DNA of 37,210 bases, from NCBI GenBank assembly GCA_041563215.1, contig JBFFNJ010000002.1, positions 1 to 37,210 on the forward strand, in the 5' to 3' direction. The notes under the pieces were generated by a model. That model ran no database searches, was not told where the DNA came from, and saw only the letters and a list, made by a program, of their open reading frames with translations. Position numbers and translations under genes: made by a program. Shown piece by piece: positions 7,788-15,988 of this stretch; position 1 is the stretch's first letter; the number at the start of each line of letters is the position of its first letter. This stretch comes from Candidatus Deferrimicrobia bacterium. GTDB taxonomy: Bacteria; Desulfobacterota; Deferrimicrobia; J040.

Positions 7788-8237
7788 ATGATAAACGGGA
7801 TGGGCCCTTCCGGCCCCGGAGAAATCAAAATACTCCTGCTCCCCTTCTGCCTGGGCAAGAAGGAGGTTGAGGAAGTAACGGCGATTGCACGAAGCCGGGG
7901 TTACCGGGTCGTGGTGGCCACCACGACCTCCTTCGCCCTGTCCGAGGTCCGCAATGCCGCCGTATCGCAGAAAAACAATCCCGTGAGAATAGTGGGCGTG
8001 GTGTGTGATGGGAGGGCGAAAAAGGTTGCCCTCGGCCTGTTCCTGCTGAAAGCGAGGCAGCTTTTCAAGCGGGTCGCCCTGATGGAAACGAGAAGGATAA
8101 CTCTCTCGCGGGTGACCATACAGGGCGGCACCCGGTCGATGTTCGGCAGGAGAGACTGCGACATCGGAAACAATACCGTTCCCCGCGAGGACCTCATGGA
8201 GGCGCTTCTCGGGGGAAGGGTATTTTTCATCCTGTAG
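7788..8237 (+). CDS. Hypothetical protein, tentatively a short and degenerate DUF116-like protein
   Basis: 149-aa ORF beginning 6 nt after the DUF1992 stop. ILLLPFCL, GYRVVVATT, IVGVVCDG and DCDIGNNTVPREDLMEAL resemble my recollection of DUF116 blocks. The family's N-terminal TM region and CxxCGxC block are absent. This is a weak recollection-based call. Confidence 0.4.
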   Translation: MINGMGPSGPGEIKILLLPFCLGKKEVEEVTAIARSRGYRVVVATTTSFALSEVRNAAVSQKNNPVRIVGVVCDGRAKKVALGLFLLKARQLFKRVALMETRRITLSRVTIQGGTRSMFGRRDCDIGNNTVPREDLMEALLGGRVFFIL

Positions 8238-8259
8238 CTTTCCCCTTCAGGATCGCAGA

Positions 8260-8280
8260 CCGGCTGCCCTGTTCAGCCGG
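8260..8280. terminator. Hairpin between convergent genes (CCGGCTG-ccctgtt-CAGCCGG), possible bidirectional terminator
   Basis: A 7-bp GC-rich stem read directly. No clear U-tract on either strand. Confidence 0.35.
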
Positions 8281-8332
8281 AAGGAAATGCGCGGGCCGAC
8301 GGCGCTTTCCCGGTTGCGGGACGGCGAGGCGA

Positions 8333-9121
8333 TCAGCTTCCCCTGAAACGGGGTGCCCGTTTTTCCCGGAATGCCCTCTTTCCCTCTACCAGGTCATCTG
8401 ACTCCATGCACTTTCGTATGAGGGCATCGGCCTCCGCCACCCTTTCCTCGTCCATCTTCCAGTGCTCCATGCACATCCTGAGCAGCCGCTTCGTCCCCTG
8501 GATGGACAGGGGGGCATTTTCAGCTATCTCCTTTGCCGTTTCATATACCACCTGCTCGAGTTCTTCCGGGGGCACGATCCTGTTCACCAGGCCAATTTCG
8601 GCGGCCCTCACCGCGCTGACCAGGCGGGCCGTGAAAAAGAGCTCCTTGGTGAACTGGACGCCTATGATGTTCACGAAGCGCATGAGCCCTGCAGGCCGGT
8701 AGATGATTCCCAGCTTCGCAGGGGTCATGCCGAAGACGGCCCTGTCCGATGCAATTCTTATGTCGCCGGCACAGGCAAGCTCGAGGCCGCCCCCGAAGGC
8801 GATTCCGTTCAGCATCGATATAACGGGGAATTTCACCGTTTCCACGGCGTTGATCATGTCGTCGAAGGGGTTGGCCGACAGCAGCACCTGCTCTCCCGCC
8901 TCGTCCCGGGAAGGGATCGCGTGAATGTCGTAACCGGCGCAGAAGGAGTCCTCACCGTCACCCCTGATGACCAGGCACCGCAGGTCGCCCTCGCCGCTTA
9001 CCTCCTGGAAGAGCGTCTTCATGGATTTGAGCATGTCCATGGTGAGGGCGTTTTTTTTCGGCCTGTTCGATATGGTAACCGTGCCTATGTGCCCGTCTCT
9101 CTGATAGAGTATTTTTCCCAT
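8333..9121 (-). CDS. Enoyl-CoA hydratase/isomerase (crotonase) family protein
   Basis: 262-aa ORF. TVTISNRPKKNALT, FCAGYDI and NGIAFGGGLELACAGDIRIA are canonical crotonase oxyanion-hole blocks. Confidence 0.9.
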   Translation of the reverse strand: MGKILYQRDGHIGTVTISNRPKKNALTMDMLKSMKTLFQEVSGEGDLRCLVIRGDGEDSFCAGYDIHAIPSRDEAGEQVLLSANPFDDMINAVETVKFPVISMLNGIAFGGGLELACAGDIRIASDRAVFGMTPAKLGIIYRPAGLMRFVNIIGVQFTKELFFTARLVSAVRAAEIGLVNRIVPPEELEQVVYETAKEIAENAPLSIQGTKRLLRMCMEHWKMDEERVAEADALIRKCMESDDLVEGKRAFREKRAPRFRGS

Positions 9122-9140
9122 GTTTTCATCCCCTTTCTTG

Positions 9141-10715
9141 TTATTCGGGTGACATCTCCTCTTTCAGCGGGATCACCCTGCCGACGATCGACCGCGCGGG
9201 CCCGAGGCGAAGCAGGAATCCCGCGAGAACGAAAAGGATACCCAGGGAGAGTGATCCCAGGGCCAACCTGATGAGGGCTCCGCCCATTTCGTCCCAGGGG
9301 GGCAGGAAGGCAACCCTTCCGAGCAGCTCCCGGGTTCCGATTATGGCAAGGGCGCACAGGATCGTTGAAACGAAGGGGACCTTTACCGCCCGGAACGAGA
9401 AGGGTATAGCCGTCTTCCGGAGCAAGAAGCCGTAGAGCAGGAGCGAGTGGAGGACTATGCCGATCGTCGAGGCCCCGGCAAGGCCGTTCACCCCGTAATT
9501 GACCATCAGGAAGTAATAGGCGGGGAGCGTTACAATCCACGCGACGGATCCGATAATCGTGGGGGTGAGCGTGTCTTTCATCGCGAAAAAGCCTCTTGCC
9601 ACGATGTTTTGTGAACACCAGAAGGGAATTCCCAAGGAGAAGAAGGAGAGGGCCGAGGCGGTGTTGATCGCGTCGTGAATGTTGAAGGCGCCTCTCTTGA
9701 ACACCAGGAGGACCACTTCCCGGGAAAAGAGAAAGACGAGGGCAGCGGCAAAAGCAGAGGAGTAGAAGACCCAGTCGAGGGCGGCGCTCATGTCGGCGAA
9801 CATGGACCTGATTTTGCCACGGGCCGCCTGCTCGGCGAGGAAGGGATAGGAGGCGACTCCCGATGCCTGGCCGAGAACCCCGATGGGAACCTGTGCGAGC
9901 CTCCGTGCGTTGTTCAGCCACGTTATCGCCCCCGCGACGAGGAAAGAGCCGAAGACCCTGCTCATCCATTCGTCCACGAAAACGAGGGAGAAGCCGAGCA
10001 TGATGGGTATGGAGAGCCGGATGAACTCCCTGAAGCCCGGGTTCCTCGTGTCGAAGTTAAGCCGTATCCTGAGGCCCGATGCAAGGGCACCGAAGAGCTG
10101 GATGAGAAAGTTCCCGAGAAAGGATCCGGCGAGGACACCCCAGGCGAACCCTTCCATCCCCAGCTTTTTCCCGAGCAAAAGTCCCCCCGCAATGATCCCG
10201 GCGTTATAGATGAGGGGCGCCAGCGCGGGTATGAAGAATTTTCCGCGTGCGTACTGGACCGCCATGAGCAGGCCGCCCGTGTAGAAGAAGGTCTGGGCCG
10301 GCATGACGATTCTCGTCAATCTGGCGGTGTATGCTATCTGGTCGCCTTGGAATCCGGGTGCTATGAGGGGAACGAGCTGTTCGGCGAAAACCTCGCCGAC
10401 AATGATCAGCGCCACGAGAATGACGGAAAATATGCAGAATATTGCGGAAAAAGCGCGGTTCCCTCCTTCCCTGTCGTCCCTGCTCAGGTAGTCGGCGTAG
10501 ATGGGGATGAAGGTGATGGAAAGGGATGCGCCCGCGAGAAGGTAGTTCAGGAAATCGGGGATGGTGAAAGCGGCAAAGTAGGCGTCCGTGCCCGCGTGGG
10601 CTCCCTGGGTGTACGCGATGACCGCATCCCGGGCGTAACCGAGGATCCTGCTGAGAAAAACGCTGCTCACCATAATCAGTGCAGCAGCGCCCATTTTTTT
10701 TCTCGTTTCGTCCAT
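9141..10715 (-). CDS. murJ: Lipid II flippase MurJ (MviN)
   Basis: The track ORF 9141-11003 is trimmed to ATG 10715 (MDETRKKMGAAALIMVSSVFLSRILGYARDAVIAYTQGAHAGTDAYFAAFTIPDFL). That is the typical MurJ N-terminus, and the upstream 96 codons overlap the divergent GNAT gene region. The protein has many TM helices. Confidence 0.9.
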   Translation of the reverse strand: MDETRKKMGAAALIMVSSVFLSRILGYARDAVIAYTQGAHAGTDAYFAAFTIPDFLNYLLAGASLSITFIPIYADYLSRDDREGGNRAFSAIFCIFSVILVALIIVGEVFAEQLVPLIAPGFQGDQIAYTARLTRIVMPAQTFFYTGGLLMAVQYARGKFFIPALAPLIYNAGIIAGGLLLGKKLGMEGFAWGVLAGSFLGNFLIQLFGALASGLRIRLNFDTRNPGFREFIRLSIPIMLGFSLVFVDEWMSRVFGSFLVAGAITWLNNARRLAQVPIGVLGQASGVASYPFLAEQAARGKIRSMFADMSAALDWVFYSSAFAAALVFLFSREVVLLVFKRGAFNIHDAINTASALSFFSLGIPFWCSQNIVARGFFAMKDTLTPTIIGSVAWIVTLPAYYFLMVNYGVNGLAGASTIGIVLHSLLLYGFLLRKTAIPFSFRAVKVPFVSTILCALAIIGTRELLGRVAFLPPWDEMGGALIRLALGSLSLGILFVLAGFLLRLGPARSIVGRVIPLKEEMSPE

Positions 10716-10923
10716 CAACCGATTCCGGATCACGTGACCCCGTTTCAGGAGTCGTTTATTATAGATACGATTTTTTATCGACAAAATCAAATGAAGGCCG
10801 AAAAAGGGATTCAAATATTTCTCCCGAAGTGAGAAAATGAGTGGGCAGGGAGGGGAAAAAGGGGGTAGAATAATCCCATACCAATAAAACGTTATTTTAT
10901 TAAAGAAGGCAAAGGAGGGTGCG

Positions 10924-11526
10924 ATGATTATTGGATACCCGAAAGAAGTGACTCTGCGGGATGACATACGTGTCACCCTCAAACCGTTCGAGAAGAAAGA
11001 CAAGGAGTCGGTTTACGAGTTCTTCGTTTCCCTGCCCGAGGAAGACAGGTTGTATCTGAAGGATGACGTGACGGATCCCCTGGTTGTGGAAAAGTGGGCC
11101 CGGGAGCTCAATTACGACAAGGTCTTTCCCCTTCTCGCCTGGCACGACAACCGGGTGGTGGGAGATGGCACGCTCCACAGGACGATAACGGGATGGATGC
11201 ACCACATCGGTACGATCCGGATAGCGATTGCGCGGGATTTTCAGCGGAAGGGCCTCGGCTCGGTTATAGCCAGGGAGCTCTTCTTCTATGCGCTGAAGTG
11301 CGGCCTCGAAAAGATCGTTGCCGAGATGATGGAAATTCAATATGGCGCGCTGAAGGTCTTCGAGAAGCTCGGGTTTGTCCACGAGGCGACGCTGAAGAAC
11401 CATGTCCTCGATCAGATCGGGGTCAAGCACGACCTGCTCATTTACACGAAGGATCTGGTCCAGTTCTGGAACGAGATCCGTGACCACGAGTTCTTTTCCA
11501 TTCCCACCCGCCACATGGAGGAGTAA
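10924..11526 (+). CDS. GNAT family N-acetyltransferase
   Basis: 200-aa ORF with AAGGAGGG SD 4 nt upstream. IARDFQRKGLGSVIARELFFYA (Q/RxxGxG/A acetyl-CoA loop) and KVFEKLGFVHE blocks. Confidence 0.85.
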   Translation: MIIGYPKEVTLRDDIRVTLKPFEKKDKESVYEFFVSLPEEDRLYLKDDVTDPLVVEKWARELNYDKVFPLLAWHDNRVVGDGTLHRTITGWMHHIGTIRIAIARDFQRKGLGSVIARELFFYALKCGLEKIVAEMMEIQYGALKVFEKLGFVHEATLKNHVLDQIGVKHDLLIYTKDLVQFWNEIRDHEFFSIPTRHMEE

Positions 11527-11607
11527 GGTGAGGGGTGCACGTTTGCCGGTGCCGCCGATGGAGAGGGTTTTTCCGCAGGGCAAACAAAAGCGAGCGTGAA
11601 GGTAAGT

Positions 11608-11638
11608 GTCGGGGCCCGGTAGATTCCCGTCCCCCGAC
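11608..11638. terminator. Hairpin between convergent GNAT and ClC genes (GTCGGGG-16 nt-CCCCGAC)
   Basis: A 7-bp stem read directly. The loop is large and there is no U-tract, so its function is uncertain. Confidence 0.25.
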
Positions 11639-11683
11639 CACCGGGGCCTTCACCGGGGGTGTGCTGCCGTCTCCGCTGCCTGC

Positions 11684-13480
11684 CTACGTTTCCACGTCCA
11701 TCTTTATGAGCGCTTTCTGGTATGCCTGGAGCAGGTCCTTCCGGTATATGACACCGATCAGCTTTCCCGTTATCCGATTGTCGATCACCGGCAGCTGTTC
11801 CACGTTCTTGTACCCGAACCTGTTCAGGGCAGTGAAGAGATCGTCTTCGGGGGAGACTGCCACCAAATCCGTCGTGGCGACGTCGTGGGCCCTCACCAGC
11901 TCCGCCAGTTCGTCTTCCCTGACGAAGGATTTGACGTCGGAAAAGGTGATGACCCCCATCAGCCTGTGATTCCCGTCGTGGAGGTAGAGGTAGTTCGTCG
12001 GGTTCGTTATGAATATCTGGATGAGCTCTTCGAAGCTCGCCGCGGGGTTGATTGTCGAGAATGCGCTCTTCATTATGTCAGAAACACGCATCGACTTGAG
12101 GACCCCCATTTCCCTTCCCGACACGATATCGATGCCTTTCTTGTGCAGCTTGAAGGTGTAGAGCGAGTGGGGGAGAAATCGCTTTGCAACGATCATGGCG
12201 ATGATCGTTGCCGTCATCAGGGGGAGGATGATCTTGTAGTTGTTGGTCATCTCGAAGACGATCAGGATCGCCGTTATCGGTGCGTGTACGACCGATGCCA
12301 GGAAGGCTGCCATGCCCACCAGAGCGTATGACCCCGGAGACGAGATCACGCCGGGAAGGAGGACGAGGAAGAGTTTCCCCAGCGCTCCGCCGAGCATCCC
12401 GCCGATAAAGAGGGAGGGCCCGAGAACCCCACCCGATCCGCCGCTCCCTATCGAGAAGGAGGTGGTGATGATCTTCAGGAGGGCAAGGGTAAGGAGCAGA
12501 TACCACGTGCCGATCCCGAAGAGCGCCTCGTTCACCGATTCCATGTGGGTGCCGAGGACCTGGGGAAAAACGATCGCTACGACGCCGACGACGAGCCCCC
12601 CCAGAGCCGGTTTGACCAGGGGGTTTGCCGGGAGCTTCTCGTTGAAATATTCGTCCGTTTTGTCCAGGAAAAGGATGAATCCCACGGCCAGGAGTCCGCA
12701 GATCGCACCCAGGGCAGCGTAGGGGAGGAACTCGAGGACGCTTTTCAGCTCGTAGGCGGGGACCTGGAACTGCAGTATGTTGCCGAGGAAGGCCCTCATG
12801 GTGACCGTTGCGATCACAGACGAGATCACGATGGGGCCGAAGGTCTGGAGGGAAAAATCGCCCACCATGACTTCCAGGGCGAAGAAAACCCCGCCGATGG
12901 GGGCGTTGAAGACGGCTGCGATTCCCCCTGCCGCTCCGCATCCCACCAGCGTCTTCATCATTTCGCCGGAAAGCCGCAAAAACTGCCCCACGCTCGATCC
13001 GATGGCCGCCCCTATCTGGGCGATCGGCGCCTCTCTTCCCACGGAGCCCCCCGACCCGAGAGTTGCTGCCGCGGTGAGGGTGCGGATGATGGTCGTCCTC
13101 GGTTTTATGAGCCCTCCTCTCAGGGTGATCGACTCCATCGCATCCGGGACTCCGTCCCCCTTTGCCTCCTGCGGAAAGAGCTTTATGAGGGGGGCGATGA
13201 GGAAGCCGCCCATGGCGGGAAGGATGAAGATGAGATACCGGGTTTTCCTGAGGAGTTTCTCGTGGATCTCCCCGAAGAATATCCAGGTGAAAAAGTCTAT
13301 CAGCTTTATGAACACGACGGCACCGAGGCCGGCCAGGGCTCCCACGAGGATGGCGAGCAGAAGGTTGAATGCCTGGTCGGAGATGCCGAGACGGCTCAGC
13401 GTCCGGAATATGGCTTTTCTGATCGGCTCTCCTATCCGCCTGCTGGTGACCCCTTTGATCTGTTTGAAAAAACCCCGCAT
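11684..13480 (-). CDS. ClC-family voltage-gated chloride channel / H+-Cl- antiporter with C-terminal CBS pair
   Basis: GREAPIAQIG and GSGGVLGPSLFIGG selectivity-filter motifs, more than 10 TM helices, and two CBS repeats at the C-terminus. The track ORF starts at 13756. I trimmed it to ATG 13480 (MRGFFKQIK..., GGAAGG upstream). ATG 13507 is an alternative. Confidence 0.88.
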   Translation of the reverse strand: MRGFFKQIKGVTSRRIGEPIRKAIFRTLSRLGISDQAFNLLLAILVGALAGLGAVVFIKLIDFFTWIFFGEIHEKLLRKTRYLIFILPAMGGFLIAPLIKLFPQEAKGDGVPDAMESITLRGGLIKPRTTIIRTLTAAATLGSGGSVGREAPIAQIGAAIGSSVGQFLRLSGEMMKTLVGCGAAGGIAAVFNAPIGGVFFALEVMVGDFSLQTFGPIVISSVIATVTMRAFLGNILQFQVPAYELKSVLEFLPYAALGAICGLLAVGFILFLDKTDEYFNEKLPANPLVKPALGGLVVGVVAIVFPQVLGTHMESVNEALFGIGTWYLLLTLALLKIITTSFSIGSGGSGGVLGPSLFIGGMLGGALGKLFLVLLPGVISSPGSYALVGMAAFLASVVHAPITAILIVFEMTNNYKIILPLMTATIIAMIVAKRFLPHSLYTFKLHKKGIDIVSGREMGVLKSMRVSDIMKSAFSTINPAASFEELIQIFITNPTNYLYLHDGNHRLMGVITFSDVKSFVREDELAELVRAHDVATTDLVAVSPEDDLFTALNRFGYKNVEQLPVIDNRITGKLIGVIYRKDLLQAYQKALIKMDVET

Positions 13481-13788
13481 CAACCTTCCGGATGACCCGA
13501 AAAACATAATTATTTTAGGCCGTTCCACATCTGTATACCACAGGTGGGCAGGTATTCTCAAGATTCGAAAGCGGGGGTTTATTTTTTCGGGGCGTCGTGT
13601 TTCGAAACCGGTTGGAGATGCGCCGCCGGGAAGGCCGCCGTCGCCCGACCGGGAGAGCCCCCGGTACCGCGTGCGCAAGTCCTTGTCTGTTGGTACTTTA
13701 CCTTTTTCAACGGGTGTGTTAATGGTATTCTGTTTCTGGAAAGACGTATCCCGCATTAAATAGACAAGACATGATAAAGGAGGATAAC

Positions 13789-15744
13789 GTGGGCAAGAAC
13801 ATCGTACAGAAGATTATCGATTCTCACCTCGTGTCGGGGGAGCCCGTGCCCGGGAAGGAGGTCGGTATACGGATCGACCAGACGCTGACCCAGGACGCAA
13901 CGGGCACCATGGTGTACCTGCAGTTCGAGGCCATGGGGATCCCGAGGGTCAGGACAGAGCTTTCCGTGTCATATGTAGACCACAACACCCTCCAGGAAGG
14001 GTTCGAAAATGCCGACGATCACCTATATCTTCAGACGGTTGCCGCCAAGCACGGCGTGTATTATTCGCGCGCGGGTAACGGGATATGCCACCAGGTCCAC
14101 CTCGAGAGATTCGGCGCACCCGGCAAGACGCTCCTCGGGTCCGATTCTCACACGCCCACCAATGGCGGGATAGGGATGATCGCCATCGGTGCGGGAGGGC
14201 TCGACGTGGCCATCGCCATGGCCGGCGGTGCCTTCTTCCTGACCTATCCGAAGGTGTTGAAGGTCAATTTCACGGGAAGGCTTTCTCCCTGGGTGTCGGC
14301 GAAAGACGTGATACTGAGGCTCCTCGAGATATTGACGACGAAGGGAAATGTGGGTTGGGTCGTCGAGTACGGCGGGGAGGGCATCAAGTCCCTCAGCGTC
14401 CCCGAGCGGGCGACGATTACCAACATGGGAGCCGAGCTCGGCGTCACGACGAGCGTTTTTCCCTCTGACGAGATCACCAGGGCATTTTTGAAGGCCCAGA
14501 GGCGAGAGAACGTCTGGGTTCCCCTCGAAGCGGACGATGATGCACAGTATGAGAGGGTCCTGGAGATAAACCTCGCCGAAGTGGAGCCGATGGTTGCCCA
14601 GCCCCACAGCCCGGACAACGTGGCGAAAATTCGGGATATTGCGGGAATGGAGGTACACCAGGTCCTCGTGGGCTCCTGCACGAACTCCTCCTACAAGGAT
14701 GTGTCCACGGTGGCGAAGATACTGGAAGGGAGGCTGATCAATTCCTCGGTCAGCTTCGGCGTGGCTCCTGGCTCCCGGCAGGTGCTCCTCATGGCCGCAA
14801 ACGAAAGCTCCGTTGCCAAGCTGGTCGGGGCTGGTGCCCGGATACTCGAGGCAACGTGCGGCTTCTGCATCGGGGCGGGACAGGCGCCGCAGTCGGGAGC
14901 GGTCAGCGTTCGGACGAACAACAGGAACTTTTTCGGCCGGTCGGGCACGAAGGACGCGGGTATCTACCTGGTGAGCCCGGAGACGGCTGCTGCATGCGCG
15001 ATCAAGGGTGTCATCGCAGACCCGCGGGACGTGGCGGAGGAATGCGGTCTCGAGCCTCCCCACATCGGCGCCCCAGATGAGTTCATCGTGGACGACACGA
15101 TGATCATCGTGCCTCCCGGGGACTCCTCTGGAGTGGAGATCAAAAGAGGCCCCAATATCGGTAATCCCCCCGAGGCAGCGCCTCTCAGAGACAGCATCAA
15201 GGGCGAGGTCACCCTCAAGGTGGGTGACAAGATAACCACCGACCATATCATGCCAGCAGGGGCACGGCTGAAGTACCGGTCCAACATTCCCAAGTATGCC
15301 GAGTTCGTCTTTGAGAGCGTCGATGCAGAGTTTCACAGGAAGGCCCTCGAGAACAAGGGAAAGGAGATCGACAACGTCATCGTGGGCGGCATGTCCTACG
15401 GCCAGGGCAGCTCCCGGGAGCACGCTGCAATCTGCCCGAGTTACCTCGGCGTGCGTGCGGTCATCTCCAAGTCCTTCGAGAGAATTCACTCGGCGAACCT
15501 GGTCAACTTCGGTATCCTGCCCCTTCTGTTCGCACGCGAAGAGGACTACGACCGGGTCGACCAGGGCGATGCGATCGAGCTTCCCGGGGTGAAAGAGGCC
15601 ATACAGAAGGGTGATACGGTCACTGCGGTGAACAGGACGAAGGGCTTCGATTTCGAGCTCAAGCACACGCTCTCGGGGCGCCAGATCGAGATACTCCTTG
15701 CGGGCGGCAGGCTGCAGTACACGAAGATGAAGGGAAGCCAGTAA
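13789..15744 (+). CDS. Aconitate hydratase (single-chain aconitase / IPM-isomerase superfamily, about 650-aa type)
   Basis: DQTLTQDATG, GSDSHT, CTNSSY and ATCGFCIG Fe-S ligand blocks, plus a fused swivel domain (GGMSYGQGSSREHAA). GTG 13789 has a perfect AAGGAGG 5 nt upstream. The track start ATG 13771 has none. Confidence 0.9.
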   Translation: MGKNIVQKIIDSHLVSGEPVPGKEVGIRIDQTLTQDATGTMVYLQFEAMGIPRVRTELSVSYVDHNTLQEGFENADDHLYLQTVAAKHGVYYSRAGNGICHQVHLERFGAPGKTLLGSDSHTPTNGGIGMIAIGAGGLDVAIAMAGGAFFLTYPKVLKVNFTGRLSPWVSAKDVILRLLEILTTKGNVGWVVEYGGEGIKSLSVPERATITNMGAELGVTTSVFPSDEITRAFLKAQRRENVWVPLEADDDAQYERVLEINLAEVEPMVAQPHSPDNVAKIRDIAGMEVHQVLVGSCTNSSYKDVSTVAKILEGRLINSSVSFGVAPGSRQVLLMAANESSVAKLVGAGARILEATCGFCIGAGQAPQSGAVSVRTNNRNFFGRSGTKDAGIYLVSPETAAACAIKGVIADPRDVAEECGLEPPHIGAPDEFIVDDTMIIVPPGDSSGVEIKRGPNIGNPPEAAPLRDSIKGEVTLKVGDKITTDHIMPAGARLKYRSNIPKYAEFVFESVDAEFHRKALENKGKEIDNVIVGGMSYGQGSSREHAAICPSYLGVRAVISKSFERIHSANLVNFGILPLLFAREEDYDRVDQGDAIELPGVKEAIQKGDTVTAVNRTKGFDFELKHTLSGRQIEILLAGGRLQYTKMKGSQ

Positions 15745-15790
15745 CAAGAGAGCTCAAGAGCGACTGAGCAATAGAAATCGGAATACGAAA

Positions 15791-15802
15791 CCCGGGACTA
15801 CC
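15791..15802. repeat. Left copy of the 12-nt direct repeat CCCGGGACTACC
   Basis: Identical 12-mer at 15791-15802 and 15975-15986. The pair brackets the AT-richer, repeat-laden part of the aconitase/helicase intergenic region. Confidence 0.6.
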
Positions 15803-15974
15803 GATTCCTTCCGATGGTAGTGCAGAGTGTAGATTGCAGAGTGCAGAATAACAATCCAGTTGATGGCAGGGTCCGGGGGTTCAAGTGATAATAACGGTAA
15901 TGCAGAATTCGGATTGCGGAATGAACACCCAACTCTGAACTCGAAACTCTAAACTCTAAACCGGTTTCTCGGGA

Positions 15975-15986
15975 CCCGGGACTACC
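15975..15986. repeat. Right copy of the 12-nt direct repeat CCCGGGACTACC
   Basis: See the left copy. It ends 3 nt before the helicase stop codon (15989-15991). Confidence 0.6.
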
Positions 15987-15988
15987 AT

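Noticed and set aside
15868-15895. A tRNA T-arm-like sequence (CCGGGGGTTCAAGTG) in the aconitase/helicase spacer. It could be a tRNA gene or a tRNA-fragment att site.
   Set aside because: No complementary 3' half of the T-stem, no acceptor stem, and no anticodon or D arms can be drawn around it. At most it is a degenerate fragment, and it is mentioned only inside the spacer finding.
15931-15960. Tandem AACTCT/AAACTCT units, considered as a possible CRISPR or microsatellite array.
   Set aside because: There are only 3-4 imperfect 6-7-nt units with no spacers, far too short for a CRISPR array. They are kept only as a descriptive part of the spacer finding.
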